A DNA stretch of 64,000 nucleotides from Alphaproteobacteria bacterium. GTDB taxonomy: Bacteria > Pseudomonadota > Alphaproteobacteria > JAAXGF01. The position numbers and the translations under genes are program-made. The notes under the pieces were generated by a model. That model saw nothing but the letters and a program-made list of their open reading frames with translations. It made no database searches and was not told where the DNA came from. Below are positions 36,544 through 46,747 of the stretch, in pieces. The stretch's first letter is position 1; each line of letters starts with the position of its first letter. The stretch lies in contig CAUVXB020000002.1 of assembly GCA_963555825.3 (NCBI GenBank), positions 160,001-224,000 of the forward strand, written 5' to 3'.

Positions 36544-37341
36544 TCAGGGCTTGTGGGCCGTGACGATATGGGCGTCCATCGGCAACCCGACCTCGCCATC
36601 GTGGTTGCAGAAGCGCTTCAGGTCCTTGTGCGCTTCCTTGAGCAGCGCCTCAAAGACATCGTCGTCCATATCTGCAAGCACCCATCCCTTGACCCAGACG
36701 CGAACGAATTCGTCAATCGAAGAGAAGAAAAACGAACCTTCGCGGGTTTCGACCTGCGCATCCGTAATCCCTGCCGAATGGAAGAGCCCCAGGAGCTCGT
36801 CTTCGTCGCCGAGCACGTAGGGCGCCTTGAACGCTTCCGCCGCATCGTCGCCGATAAGACGCCGGGCGATTTCGGCCAAGGCGACATCACCGACCGAGCG
36901 CTCGAAGGCCATCCACACGGCTACCGCGAGCCGCCCGCCTGGTGCCAAGACCCGCCACATTTCCCTGATTGCGGCCACGCGGTCGGCAATGAACATGAGC
37001 ATGAATTGGCTCACCACGGCGTCGAAGCTTTCATCCCCGAACGGCAACTGGAGAACGTCTCCCTGGCGCCATTCGATCCCGGGTCCCATGCGCTTCGCCA
37101 CCGCAAGCATGCTCTCATTGAGGTCGAGGCCAACTACACGACCGCTCGGTCCAACGCGGAGCGCGGCTTCGCGCGCCACAACGCCCGTCCCACAACCGAC
37201 ATCCAGGAACCGGTCGCCCGGACCAACATCAGCGGCATCGGCCAGGCGGGGAGCCCACTGGCCGAAGAGGGCCGGCACGAAGTCCGGCTCGTAGACGACG
37301 GCGGCATCGGTCGAAAGTTGCACGGTCTTCGGTTCTGACAT
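36544..37341 (-). CDS. Class I SAM-dependent methyltransferase
   Basis: LDVGCGTG, GLDLN..ML, LPF.DESFD, RVLAPGG; AAGGAG RBS. Confidence 0.93.
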   Translation of the reverse strand: MSEPKTVQLSTDAAVVYEPDFVPALFGQWAPRLADAADVGPGDRFLDVGCGTGVVAREAALRVGPSGRVVGLDLNESMLAVAKRMGPGIEWRQGDVLQLPFGDESFDAVVSQFMLMFIADRVAAIREMWRVLAPGGRLAVAVWMAFERSVGDVALAEIARRLIGDDAAEAFKAPYVLGDEDELLGLFHSAGITDAQVETREGSFFFSSIDEFVRVWVKGWVLADMDDDVFEALLKEAHKDLKRFCNHDGEVGLPMDAHIVTAHKP

Positions 37342-37466
37342 CTCGATGTTCTCCTTTCCAGATGATCGTCTGACCCTACCCTGCAGTACGGCGTGGCTGG
37401 CACCGTGACATGAATGTGACAGAGCAAACGCCGTGGAGGTCCGTTCATGGTTGGGTAGAGACGAGA

Positions 37467-37545
37467 ATGATGCCTACGTTGAGCCTGAACTTGCTTGGTG
37501 GCTTCGAATTTCGCGCTACGTCGGGCACGAGTATCGCCGTGCCAA
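37467..37545 (+). pseudogene. Possible N-terminal stub of a SARP/BTAD-type activator
   Basis: MMPTLSLNLLGGFEFR resembles the L.LLG.F start of SARP-type regulators; divergent from the methyltransferase; truncated. Confidence 0.35.
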
Positions 37546-37573
37546 TCGTTATCGGCGAAGGTCCGCTGGTCGG

Positions 37574-38494
37574 TCATCGCCGTACCGCGAGGATGCCCGC
37601 TATGGCGATCAGAACAATTCCCGCAACAGATACGGTATCCGGTACTTCCGCGAAAAACAGAAGCCCCCAGAGCGCGGCGAATGCCAGATATGAAAAATCG
37701 AATGTCGATACAATCGATGACGGACCGGCTTGGTAGGCAATAGCGGCTCCAACGCTGCCAATGAGGATGGCCGTCGCAAGCAGGCCCATCGCGAGCCACT
37801 CATGCGTTCCCATCGAGATCCACCGACCGAGAAGGAACCGATAGCCTTCAATGTAACTGCTCGATGGTCCCCAGAGCGCAACGAAAAGCGTTGCGACGAC
37901 CCCGACACCGATCATCGAAACGTTCAATCCAAAGGACAGCACCAGCGGGTTTTCATTCTTGCATTTGGTGCGCGTGAGGATCATCGCGAAGGCATAGAGA
38001 ACGGCCGAGGTAAGCGGCAGCAACGCATATCCGTTGAAATCGTCGGCTCGAGGCCTGAGGATCAGAAGCACGCCGCAGAAACCCAGGAATACCGCGATCC
38101 AACCCCGAACACCGACCCTTTCACCGATGAAAACGGCGGCAAACAACGTGATGAAGAGCGGCAAGGTGTAGTAGACGGCGGCTGCGACCGATAGGTCGAC
38201 GTGCGGCAAGGCCGTGTAGTAGGCCACCCACATGAATGTGAGCATCAGGCTTCTCAAGGCCGTCCAGCCCAAGCTGATTGGCCTAAGCGACACGGCTCGC
38301 GTCCGGGTTTTGACTACCGCGATCAAGACGGGGATCGCGATCACGGAGCGGAACACAAAGATCTGCCAAAGCGGAAAATCCGCGCTGATCTGCTTGATCA
38401 GGGCATCGCCAAGAGACAGGGCGAACACGGTGAAAACGATGGCAATGACGGCAAGTTTTATGTTGTCGCCATCGGCGTATATGAAGCGCTTCAC
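37574..38494 (-). CDS. DMT/EamA family transporter
   Basis: ~10 TMs; YTLPLF, GERVG, GVLLILRP; start GTG 38494 (alternative ATG 38539). Confidence 0.9.
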   Translation of the reverse strand: MKRFIYADGDNIKLAVIAIVFTVFALSLGDALIKQISADFPLWQIFVFRSVIAIPVLIAVVKTRTRAVSLRPISLGWTALRSLMLTFMWVAYYTALPHVDLSVAAAVYYTLPLFITLFAAVFIGERVGVRGWIAVFLGFCGVLLILRPRADDFNGYALLPLTSAVLYAFAMILTRTKCKNENPLVLSFGLNVSMIGVGVVATLFVALWGPSSSYIEGYRFLLGRWISMGTHEWLAMGLLATAILIGSVGAAIAYQAGPSSIVSTFDFSYLAFAALWGLLFFAEVPDTVSVAGIVLIAIAGILAVRR

Positions 38495-38566
38495 CGACCC
38501 GTTCCCTCGCCGGTCACGACCAACCATGACCGTTTTCATCGTCCAGCATTGATATGGATAGCGCGT

Positions 38567-40220
38567 GGGTGCGAGTCTCGCATGGCAGTGATGTCTGCGG
38601 CTTGGTTCGTTGAGTTCAGGCAGCGATTGCCATGGCTGCTGCACGTGGACTGATGTTGTCGTTGGCCGGTGTGTCGGTTGCGCTGATCAGGGCCTTCCAT
38701 GCCCGCTCGAAGCGGCCGGATTTGATCAGGGCGCGGAAGGTCAGAACAGCCTGTCCGCCGACGATCCGCCAGCGCATGCCGGAGCGCTTCATGCGCTGTG
38801 TCACCAGGGTCTTGTTGGCAGCTTCGACCACGCCTGAGCCGATGGCGATGCCCTCTTCCTTCAGGGCGTGGTAGCGCATGCGATGGCGATGCTTGCGGAA
38901 GAAGGCGAGTTCCCGCTCGGTCTCGGCCCGGTCCGGCGCAGCGGCGGCATCGCGAAGGTGGCGCAGCGCCCGGATCACCTTGGCGACGCCACGGGGATCG
39001 TGACGGAGGATCTCGCGGTACTTCTCGAACCAGCCGGGCGCCACGGCATGGTCGGACGCGGTTTGCAGATGTTCGCAAGCATGCCAGAAGTCGATCACCT
39101 CGGTTTCGGGCGACAGGGTCTCCAGGAAGGTCCAGTTGTCGGCGGCGCCATCGGCGATAGCGACGATCCCGATCTCGGGGCGTGCTCGCCTGATGTGTGC
39201 GACTTCGCTTGCAAGCTGCGCCTTCAGCGTGAGCTTGCCGCTCTCCGGCATGCGGCCGAGATAGAGGGTCTTCAGGCGCTTGCCCTCGGCGTCGTGGAAG
39301 GAGACCGTGCCGCAGGCAGCCTCGCGCCAGGAGGCCTTGGCGCGACCGTCCTCGCCGGGTCTCAGCGGCACCATGACGCCGTCGAGGGAGACCGAGGCGG
39401 TGGTCGCGTCCTGCGGTATGCCCTCGGCCTCACGGATGCTGCCCAGCGTCTCCGGGCCGAGGCTCTCCCAGCATTCGTGCATGCTCAGGGTCAGGCGCTG
39501 CAGGGTGCTCACCGACGGCGTCATGGCGCCGGTCTTCGCAAAGAACGCCGCCGCTTCCCGGGCCGTGCAGTGACCCATCATCAGCAGACCGAGCTCGGCC
39601 GCCGGCCGCGTCAGGTAATCGTCGACGAGGCCCAGGCTCTCGTCGACCGGCACCGGCGATGCCCCGCTCGCGCCGCTGCGGTAACGCGCTCGCCGGTAGG
39701 TCACCGGACCGAGCGAGGTCATGATCGTCTTCGGCGTCACCGCGACCCGGAACCAGCTCTGCCCGTCCCGCTCGATCCGGGAAGCGCCATCGTCCCGGTT
39801 CTCGATGACGGCGCCCATGACATCGCGAGCGAACTCGTTCGTGGCCTCACGCACCCGCAACTCGACCTCCTCGGGCGCCTCGGGGCGCGGCTCGGAACGA
39901 AGCTCCTCGCGACACAGTGCGAGCACCCGGGCGGCCGCCTCGACGACCCGAGGAGGCAGGCCGGAAAGATCGATGGACGAAGGCGCCGGAGGCGGGGATA
40001 CTGCCATGGGAATGCTCCCGATGTTGGGTTTCGAGACACGGCATCGTACCGCTTCTGGCGGTGCGGAGCGTTCCCACCTTCCCCTGCTCGACCCTGCCGT
40101 CGTGACAAAATCCTGCCTTGGAGCGGCCCATTGTCACGAATAGCCGATTTCGGCCGTTCGTCTCGACACAAAAAACGCACTAAATCAATGACTTAGATTT
40201 TCCATACCAGACCCACACCC
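38567..40220 (-). mobile_element. ISKra4/ISLre2-like element (1654 bp, 8-bp TSD)
   Basis: IRs GGGTGCGAGTCT / GGGTGTGGGTCT; TSD TAGCGCGT at 38559-38566 and 40221-40228. Confidence 0.9.
38616..40007 (-). CDS. ISKra4-like transposase
   Basis: SLDG, ADGAADNW, DFWHACEHL, IGSGVVEAANK, RMKRSGMRW. Confidence 0.9.
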   Translation of the reverse strand: MAVSPPPAPSSIDLSGLPPRVVEAAARVLALCREELRSEPRPEAPEEVELRVREATNEFARDVMGAVIENRDDGASRIERDGQSWFRVAVTPKTIMTSLGPVTYRRARYRSGASGASPVPVDESLGLVDDYLTRPAAELGLLMMGHCTAREAAAFFAKTGAMTPSVSTLQRLTLSMHECWESLGPETLGSIREAEGIPQDATTASVSLDGVMVPLRPGEDGRAKASWREAACGTVSFHDAEGKRLKTLYLGRMPESGKLTLKAQLASEVAHIRRARPEIGIVAIADGAADNWTFLETLSPETEVIDFWHACEHLQTASDHAVAPGWFEKYREILRHDPRGVAKVIRALRHLRDAAAAPDRAETERELAFFRKHRHRMRYHALKEEGIAIGSGVVEAANKTLVTQRMKRSGMRWRIVGGQAVLTFRALIKSGRFERAWKALISATDTPANDNISPRAAAMAIAA

Positions 40221-40285
40221 TAGCGCGTTGGTATAGTTTTTGGTAGACGGCATAATCCAATCACAGAAGTAATTAAATTCGAATA

Positions 40286-41188
40286 ATGAGCAGGCACTTA
40301 TTCAGCGGCCTCGAAGTGTTTCTCGCTGTCGCCGAACATGGCTCCCTGCGACGCGCGGCCAATGCCCTCGGTGTTCAGCCGCCCGCGATCAGCTACCAGC
40401 TCAAGACCTTGGAACAGCGAATTGGCGCCGTGCTGTTCGTCAGAACGACACGTTCGATAAAACTAACGGATGCCGGCCGCTCTCTTCTGAATCGCGCAAA
40501 GCCAGCGATCACCGAACTCGCCGAGGCGATTGAAGACGCACGAGCGTCGGGCACGGTAAGGAAGGGAACGGTCAGATTGACGCTGCCCTATGTCGCGTAT
40601 GAGATGACGGTGGCACGAAAACTCGCTGCCTTTCAGCGCAAATTCCCGGAGATCGAGCTCGAGCTGTCATTCGATGAAGCGTTCGTCGACATCGTCTCGG
40701 AGGGGTTTCATGCTGGTGTGAGGTTGGGGGAACAGATCCGCGAAGATATGATCGCGGTCCGCCTAAGCCCCGCCTTCAAGGAGGTCGTCTTTGCCGCGCC
40801 TTGTTATTTCGACGAGCATGGCCGGCCAGACCGGCCGGAAGATTTGTTGCAGCATAATTGCATCCGGTACCGCTACATCTCTTCGAGGCGATTCGCAGAG
40901 TGGCAGTTCGATGGCTCGGACGGAATCAAGACGATCGATGTGAAGGGGAATTTGATCGTCGACAGCACCAACGCCCTGATCGACGCGGCGCGCGCCGGTT
41001 CCGGCATCGGCTGGCTGTTCCAACCGAGTGTCGAAGACGATCTCCGGACCGGAACGCTTGAGAGCGTCTTGGACGGCCACACTATCGAAAGGCCCGGATA
41101 TTTTTTGTACTACCCCAAGGCAAACGCCCGGATCGAGGTGTTGCGGGCATTCGTCGGCTTCATGAGGCATCATCGCGGCGAACTGTAA
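40286..41188 (+). CDS. LysR family transcriptional regulator
   Basis: FLAVAEHGSLRRAA HTH, LF.RTTRS..LT.AG, substrate-binding domain. Confidence 0.95.
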   Translation: MSRHLFSGLEVFLAVAEHGSLRRAANALGVQPPAISYQLKTLEQRIGAVLFVRTTRSIKLTDAGRSLLNRAKPAITELAEAIEDARASGTVRKGTVRLTLPYVAYEMTVARKLAAFQRKFPEIELELSFDEAFVDIVSEGFHAGVRLGEQIREDMIAVRLSPAFKEVVFAAPCYFDEHGRPDRPEDLLQHNCIRYRYISSRRFAEWQFDGSDGIKTIDVKGNLIVDSTNALIDAARAGSGIGWLFQPSVEDDLRTGTLESVLDGHTIERPGYFLYYPKANARIEVLRAFVGFMRHHRGEL

Positions 41189-41264
41189 CGTGCGACACCA
41201 CGGTTCGCCAAAGGCCTGAGAAGTCGCTTGCTGGTCCGCGCCGCGGCCTGTACATCCCAAGGCC

Positions 41265-42635
41265 ATGACCGCCTATTTCGCCGCGACCGCCCTGTTGCCC
41301 GACGGCTGGGCATCCGACGTCCGCTTCGACGTCGATGACGGCGGCGCGCTCGCCGCGGTGACGCCGGGCGGCGGTTCGGGCGGCGCCGAGCGCCTCGCCG
41401 GCCCCGTCGTACCCGGCATGCCCAACCTGCACTCCCACGCCTTCCAGCGCGCCATGGCGGGCCTGGCCGAGCGCGCCGGCGACGCGCAAGACAGCTTCTG
41501 GACGTGGCGCCAGGTGATGTACGACTTCCTCGACCGTCTGGCGCCGCCCCAGGTCGAGGCGATCGCCGGCCAGCTCTACATCGAGATGCTCAAGGCCGGC
41601 TACACGGCGGTCGGCGAGTTCCACTACCTGCACCACGCGCCCGGCGGCGGCGCTTACGACGACCCGGCGGAGAAGTCCGCGCGCGTCATCGCGGCCGCCG
41701 CGCGCACCGGCATCGGCATCACCCACCTGCCCGTCCTCTACGCCTACGGCGGCTTCGGCGGCGCGCCCGCGTCGGATGGCCAGCGCCGTTTCCTGCACGA
41801 TGGCGAACGCTTCCTGGCGCTGATCGAGACTCTGCGAGATCGCCATGCCGAGGACGCGCAGGTCCGCATCGGCATGGCGTTGCACAGTCTCCGCGCGGTA
41901 ACGCCCGAGTTGATGGCCGAGGTGCTGCCGGCCTTCGCCGCCGGTGACGCGACGGCGCCGATCCACATCCACGTCGCCGAGCAGCAGAGCGAAGTCGACG
42001 ACTGCCTCGCCTGGTCGGGCGCGCGGCCTGTCGAATGGCTGCTCGCCAACGTCGCGCTCGACGCGCGCTGGTGCGCGGTCCACGCGACACACATGACGGC
42101 CGACGAGACGGTGGGTCTCGCGCGGACCGGCGCGGTCGCCGGGCTGTGCCCGACCACCGAGGCCAACCTGGGCGACGGCCTGTTCCCGCTGACCGAGTTC
42201 CTGGCGGCGGGCGGTATCGTCGGCATCGGCTCGGACAGCCATATCTCGGTCAGCCCGGTCGAGGAGCTGCGCTGGCTCGAATACGGCCAGCGGCTGGTCA
42301 AGCAGCGGCGCAACGTGGCGGTGCTGCCGGGCACGCGCTCGATCGGCGCCGGGCTCTACCGCGCGGCGCTGGCCGGTGGCGCGCGAGCGCTCGGCCGCCC
42401 GATCGGCGCCTTGGCCCAGGGCTGCCGCGCCGACATGGTGGTGCTCGACGCAGACCATCCCCTGCTCGTCGGCCGTGCCGGCGACGTGCTGCTCGATTCC
42501 TGGATCTTCTCGGGCAACGCCAACCCTGTTTGCGACGTCATCGTCGGCGGCCGGCCGGTCGTCACGCAAGGCCGCCACGTCGATGAGAACGCGATCCTCG
42601 CCGACTACAGGGCGACCGTCGCCGCCCTCGCCTGA
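41265..42635 (+). CDS. hutF: Formimidoylglutamate deiminase
   Basis: NLHSHAFQRAMAG, EFHYLHH, HSLRAV, HIHVAEQ, CPTTEANLGDG, GSDSH. Confidence 0.97.
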   Translation: MTAYFAATALLPDGWASDVRFDVDDGGALAAVTPGGGSGGAERLAGPVVPGMPNLHSHAFQRAMAGLAERAGDAQDSFWTWRQVMYDFLDRLAPPQVEAIAGQLYIEMLKAGYTAVGEFHYLHHAPGGGAYDDPAEKSARVIAAAARTGIGITHLPVLYAYGGFGGAPASDGQRRFLHDGERFLALIETLRDRHAEDAQVRIGMALHSLRAVTPELMAEVLPAFAAGDATAPIHIHVAEQQSEVDDCLAWSGARPVEWLLANVALDARWCAVHATHMTADETVGLARTGAVAGLCPTTEANLGDGLFPLTEFLAAGGIVGIGSDSHISVSPVEELRWLEYGQRLVKQRRNVAVLPGTRSIGAGLYRAALAGGARALGRPIGALAQGCRADMVVLDADHPLLVGRAGDVLLDSWIFSGNANPVCDVIVGGRPVVTQGRHVDENAILADYRATVAALA

Positions 42636-42638
42636 GCC

Positions 42639-44171
42639 CTACGCCAGGCTGGGCAACAGCCCTTCGGGCACCATGCCGTTGAAGCGCCCAGCCTGGATCA
42701 GCGCCTTGGCGGCGGCGATGTCGGGCGCGAAATAGCGGTCTTCGTCCCAGGCGGCCGCCGCCTCGCGCACCACGGCATGCGCCGCCTCGAGGGCGTCCGA
42801 TGAGCGCAGCGGCCGGTGGAACTCGATGCCTTGCGCGGCGGCCAACAGCTCGATCGCGACGATGCCGGCGGTGTTGTCGGCCATCTCGGCCAGGCGCCGC
42901 GCCGCGTGGGTCGCCATCGAGACGTGGTCCTCCTGGTTGGCCGAGGTCGGCAGGCTGTCGACGCTCGAGGGATGCGCCAGCGCCTTGTTCTCGCTGGCCA
43001 GCGCGGCGGCGACCACCTGGGCCAGCATGAACCCCGAATTGAGGCCGCCCTCGGCGACCAGGAACGCCGGCAGGCCGCTCATATTGACGTCGCACAAGAG
43101 CGCCGTGCGGCGTTCCGACATGGCGCCGATCTCGGCGATCGGCAGCGCCATGGTGTCCGCCGCCATGGCGACCGGCTCGGCGTGGAAGTTGCCGCCCGAC
43201 ATCACCTCGCCGGTCTCGGCGAAGACCAGCGGGTTGTCGGTGACGCCGTTGGCCTCGCGTTCGAAGACGCCCGCCGCGAAGCGCATGTGATCGAGGCAGG
43301 CGCCCATGACCTGCGGCTGGCAGCGCAGGCTGTAGGGGTCCTGCACGCGCTCGTCGCCCTCGATATGCGAGGCGCGGATCGCGCTGCCCGCGAGCAGGCC
43401 GCGATAGACCGCCGCCAGCTCGATCTGGCCGGGCTGGCCGCGCGCCTCGCTGATGCGCGCATCGAACGGCACGTCGCTGCCCTTCGCGGCGTCGACGCTG
43501 AGCGCGCCGGCGACCACCGCGGCGGCGAAGACGTCCTCGGCGGCGAACAATCCGTCGAGCGCCAGCGCGGTCGACACCTGGGTGCCGTTGAGCAGCGCCA
43601 AGCCCTCCTTGGCGCCCAGCTCGACCGGCTCGAGTCCGGCGCGCGCCAGGCCGTCTTCCGCCGGCATCGTCTCGCCGGCGACGCGCACCTCGCCGACGCC
43701 GATCAGCACCGCGGCCATATGGGCGAGCGGCGCGAGATCGCCCGAGGCGCCGACCGAGCCCTTCGACGGGATGCACGGCAGAACGCCCGCGTTGTAGAGC
43801 AGGAGCAGCGCGTCGATGACCTCCTGGCGGATGCCCGAGCGGCCGCGCGCGAGCGCGTTGGCCTTCAACAGCAGGACGCGGCGGACGGTCGCGTCGTCGA
43901 GCAGTGGCCCGGTGCCGGCGCTGTGCGACAGGACGATGCGGCGCTGCAATTCGGTGACCTGATCGGCCGAGATCGTCGTCTTCGCCAGGCTGCCGAAGCC
44001 GGTGTTGATGCCATAGACGCGCGCCTCGCCGGCGGCGAGTGTCGCCACCGTCTCGGCCGAGCCGGCGATGCCCGGTTGGCAGGCCGCGTCGAGCTCGACG
44101 GTGATCGCCGCGTCGTCAAGCCGGCGCAACGCGGCCAGGTCGAGGTGTCCAGGGCTCAGCACAAACGTCAC
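42639..44171 (-). CDS. hutH: Histidine ammonia-lyase
   Basis: [17 protein letters not shown] motif [25 protein letters not shown]. Confidence 0.97.
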   Translation of the reverse strand: MTFVLSPGHLDLAALRRLDDAAITVELDAACQPGIAGSAETVATLAAGEARVYGINTGFGSLAKTTISADQVTELQRRIVLSHSAGTGPLLDDATVRRVLLLKANALARGRSGIRQEVIDALLLLYNAGVLPCIPSKGSVGASGDLAPLAHMAAVLIGVGEVRVAGETMPAEDGLARAGLEPVELGAKEGLALLNGTQVSTALALDGLFAAEDVFAAAVVAGALSVDAAKGSDVPFDARISEARGQPGQIELAAVYRGLLAGSAIRASHIEGDERVQDPYSLRCQPQVMGACLDHMRFAAGVFEREANGVTDNPLVFAETGEVMSGGNFHAEPVAMAADTMALPIAEIGAMSERRTALLCDVNMSGLPAFLVAEGGLNSGFMLAQVVAAALASENKALAHPSSVDSLPTSANQEDHVSMATHAARRLAEMADNTAGIVAIELLAAAQGIEFHRPLRSSDALEAAHAVVREAAAAWDEDRYFAPDIAAAKALIQAGRFNGMVPEGLLPSLA

Positions 44172-44354
44172 GGGGCGATCCTGCCGATCGGGGGTGATTT
44201 TGCGCGACACTATGCCCAATGCCAGACCCTCGCAAGCGCCATTGATCGGCCCTAACGCGACCGTCGAGCGCCTTATTTACAATGCCGATAACCAAGCGTA
44301 CGGTGCGGCGAAATCGGCCGTGTTGAAGGCCGCCCACCGGGGTAAGGACAAGCC

Positions 44355-45884
44355 ATGTCACGCGAACATCGTCGGGGCCGGCGCCCGTCGCGCGAGGGCG
44401 CGGCGATCAAGCAGCCACCCCTGCGAAACCTCGTCAATCCCTACAAGCCGATCGAGGTCATCAGCGCCGATCAGGTCGAGCAGATCCACCTGGCCTCGCT
44501 CACCGTGCTCGAATATCTCGGCCTCGAGTTCCTCGACGACGAGGCGCTCGACATTCTGGCCGGCGCCGGCGCCGACGTCGACAAGGGCGCGCGACTCGTG
44601 AAGTTCGATCGCGGCCTGATCGAGGAGAACATCGCCAAGGCGCCGGCCGAGTTCACGCTCTATGCCCGCAACCCGGCGCACAACGTCACCTTCGGCGGCA
44701 ACCACATCAACTTCTCGACGGTCGGCAGCCCGCCGCACGCCTCGGACCTCGACCGCGGCCGGCGCACCGGCAGCTACGCCGATTACTGCGATCTGCTGCG
44801 CCTCGGCCAGAGCCTCAACGTCATCCACCTGATCTCGGGCTATCCGGTCGAGCCGGTCGATCTGCCCGCCGCGACGCGCCACCTCGACGCCCATTACGCG
44901 TACATCACGCTGACCGACCGCGTCTGGCACCCCTATTCGCTCGGCCGCCAGCGCATCGCCGACGGCATCGACATGCTGTGCCTCGCGCGCGGCCTCGACC
45001 GCGAAGCGCTCAAGCGCGAGCCGGGACTGCTCAGCGTCGTCAACACCAACTCGCCGCTGCGCGTCGACGGCCCGATGCTGCAGGGCCTGATGGAGATGGC
45101 ACGGGCCGGCCAGTGCGTGGTGGTGACGCCGTTCACCCTGGCCGGCGCGATGAGCCCGGTGACCATCGCCGGCGCGCTGACCCAGCAGAACGCCGAGGCG
45201 CTCGCCGTCATCGCCTTCATCCAAATCGTCAGCCCCGGCGCGCCGGCGATGTACGGCGGCTTCACCTCGAACGTCGACATGAAGTCGGGCGCGCCCGCCT
45301 TCGGCACGCCCGAATACGCCCGCGCCGCGTTGGCCGGCGGCCAGCTCGCGCGGCGCTACAAGCTGCCCTACCGCTCGTCCAACGCCAACGCCGCCAACGT
45401 CGTCGACGCGCAGGCGGCCTATGAGTCCGAGATGTCGATCTGGTCGGCGGTGATGGGCCATTCGAACCTGGTGATGCACGGCGCCGGCTGGCTCGAGGGC
45501 GGCCTGACGGCGTCGTTCGAGAAGGTCATCATCGACGCCGAGATGCTGCAGATGATGGCCGAGTTCCTGCAGCCCTTGGAGGTCAGCGACGCGACATTGG
45601 GCCTAGAAGCGATGGCCGATGTCGGCCCCGGCGGCCACTTCTTCGGCACCCAGCACACACTCGACCGGTACGAGACCGCGTTCTACCAGCCGATGGTGTC
45701 GGACTGGCGCAATTTCGAGACCTGGGAGGAAGCCGGTTCGCTGACCGCGACGCAGCGCGCCAACGCGATCTGGAAGCAGCTGCTCGCCGACTACGAGCAA
45801 CCGCCGATCGACCCCGGCGCCGACGAGGCGCTCAAGGACTTCGTCGCCCGCCGCAAGCGCGAGGAAGGCGTCGAGGCGGCGTAG
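44355..45884 (+). CDS. Trimethylamine methyltransferase (MttB) family protein, non-pyrrolysine, paralog 1
   Basis: NSPL..D, TPFTLAGAMSPVT, GWLEGGL, VGPGGHF; no in-frame amber. Confidence 0.93.
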   Translation: MSREHRRGRRPSREGAAIKQPPLRNLVNPYKPIEVISADQVEQIHLASLTVLEYLGLEFLDDEALDILAGAGADVDKGARLVKFDRGLIEENIAKAPAEFTLYARNPAHNVTFGGNHINFSTVGSPPHASDLDRGRRTGSYADYCDLLRLGQSLNVIHLISGYPVEPVDLPAATRHLDAHYAYITLTDRVWHPYSLGRQRIADGIDMLCLARGLDREALKREPGLLSVVNTNSPLRVDGPMLQGLMEMARAGQCVVVTPFTLAGAMSPVTIAGALTQQNAEALAVIAFIQIVSPGAPAMYGGFTSNVDMKSGAPAFGTPEYARAALAGGQLARRYKLPYRSSNANAANVVDAQAAYESEMSIWSAVMGHSNLVMHGAGWLEGGLTASFEKVIIDAEMLQMMAEFLQPLEVSDATLGLEAMADVGPGGHFFGTQHTLDRYETAFYQPMVSDWRNFETWEEAGSLTATQRANAIWKQLLADYEQPPIDPGADEALKDFVARRKREEGVEAA

Positions 45885-45903
45885 GCGGTCGCCCGTGGGT
45901 CGT

Positions 45904-46025
45904 GTCTCGGTTTGAAATTCTGCCGAAACAACGCGCGGAACATCGGCTTTTCAGCGGATCATGCCTGCTTTGCCCCCAACGGCAGACCTCGGCGCACAGT
46001 CATTGGAATAGCCGGTTCTGACCCA
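45904..46025 (+). repeat. Degenerate ~120-bp intergenic repeat, copy A
   Basis: Aligns by eye with 48335-48455 (22/29 identity in the core). Confidence 0.6.
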
Positions 46026-46160
46026 GCGAGGGCATGGACGATGCAATCAAACGCGCATGTCCCTCCCTAGCGACAATCGAAAATCTGCGTTACTGATAAT
46101 TGTGCAGCGGTGTTTGTGCCGCAGTGCCATAATTCCCATCAGTCAGATAGGCTTCAGACG

Positions 46161-46520
46161 ATGACGCCCATCAAACGTATCGGCCCGTCCACGCTATCAC
46201 GAACGCGAAGTCGTTCTGTAATCCATGAGGGTGTCGTCACCACGGTTGCGACGTCTACGACAAAAGTACCTTCACTCTATGAGCAGGCACAGGACGCTTT
46301 GGCAACACTCGAAAGCAACCTAAAGGAAGCCGGTACAGATAAGTCCCGGATCCTCATGGTGATGATATATATCCGGGACATCACGATGAAGCCCGAGTTC
46401 AACCGAGCGTGGGATGAGTGGGTAGATCACCAGAATCTCCCTCTGCGGGCGTGCGTTGGTGCGTCTCTGGAGCACGACGATTTGGTCGAATTGGTGGTCA
46501 CGGCTGCGATTGAAACTTAG
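46161..46520 (+). CDS. RidA/YjgF family protein (YoaB-like)
   Basis: L.EAGTDKSRIL, FN.AWDEWV, P.RACV, VELVVTAA. Confidence 0.88.
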   Translation: MTPIKRIGPSTLSRTRSRSVIHEGVVTTVATSTTKVPSLYEQAQDALATLESNLKEAGTDKSRILMVMIYIRDITMKPEFNRAWDEWVDHQNLPLRACVGASLEHDDLVELVVTAAIET

Positions 46521-46747
46521 GATTTCTTCGACTGCTTTTGGCTGATTTCGGACTCAACTGCCGAACCGGAACGATGACCGCATTGGGACGATAAGCCGAC
46601 ACACGAGGCCGCTCCGTGCTTTCACCACGTCAAATTTCAAACGCAGACACCACTCGCCCGTGGCCGACATTTACAAATCGACAGGTGAAGCCTAGGCTTC
46701 CGCGGTATGGCGCGGGTTCCACGCGCCGTCGAGTATAACGAGGTTTC

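Noticed and set aside
42639-44171. HutH as a possible ergothionase
   Set aside because: Retains typical histidase motifs (LSH, ASG) and sits with hutU/hutI/hutF
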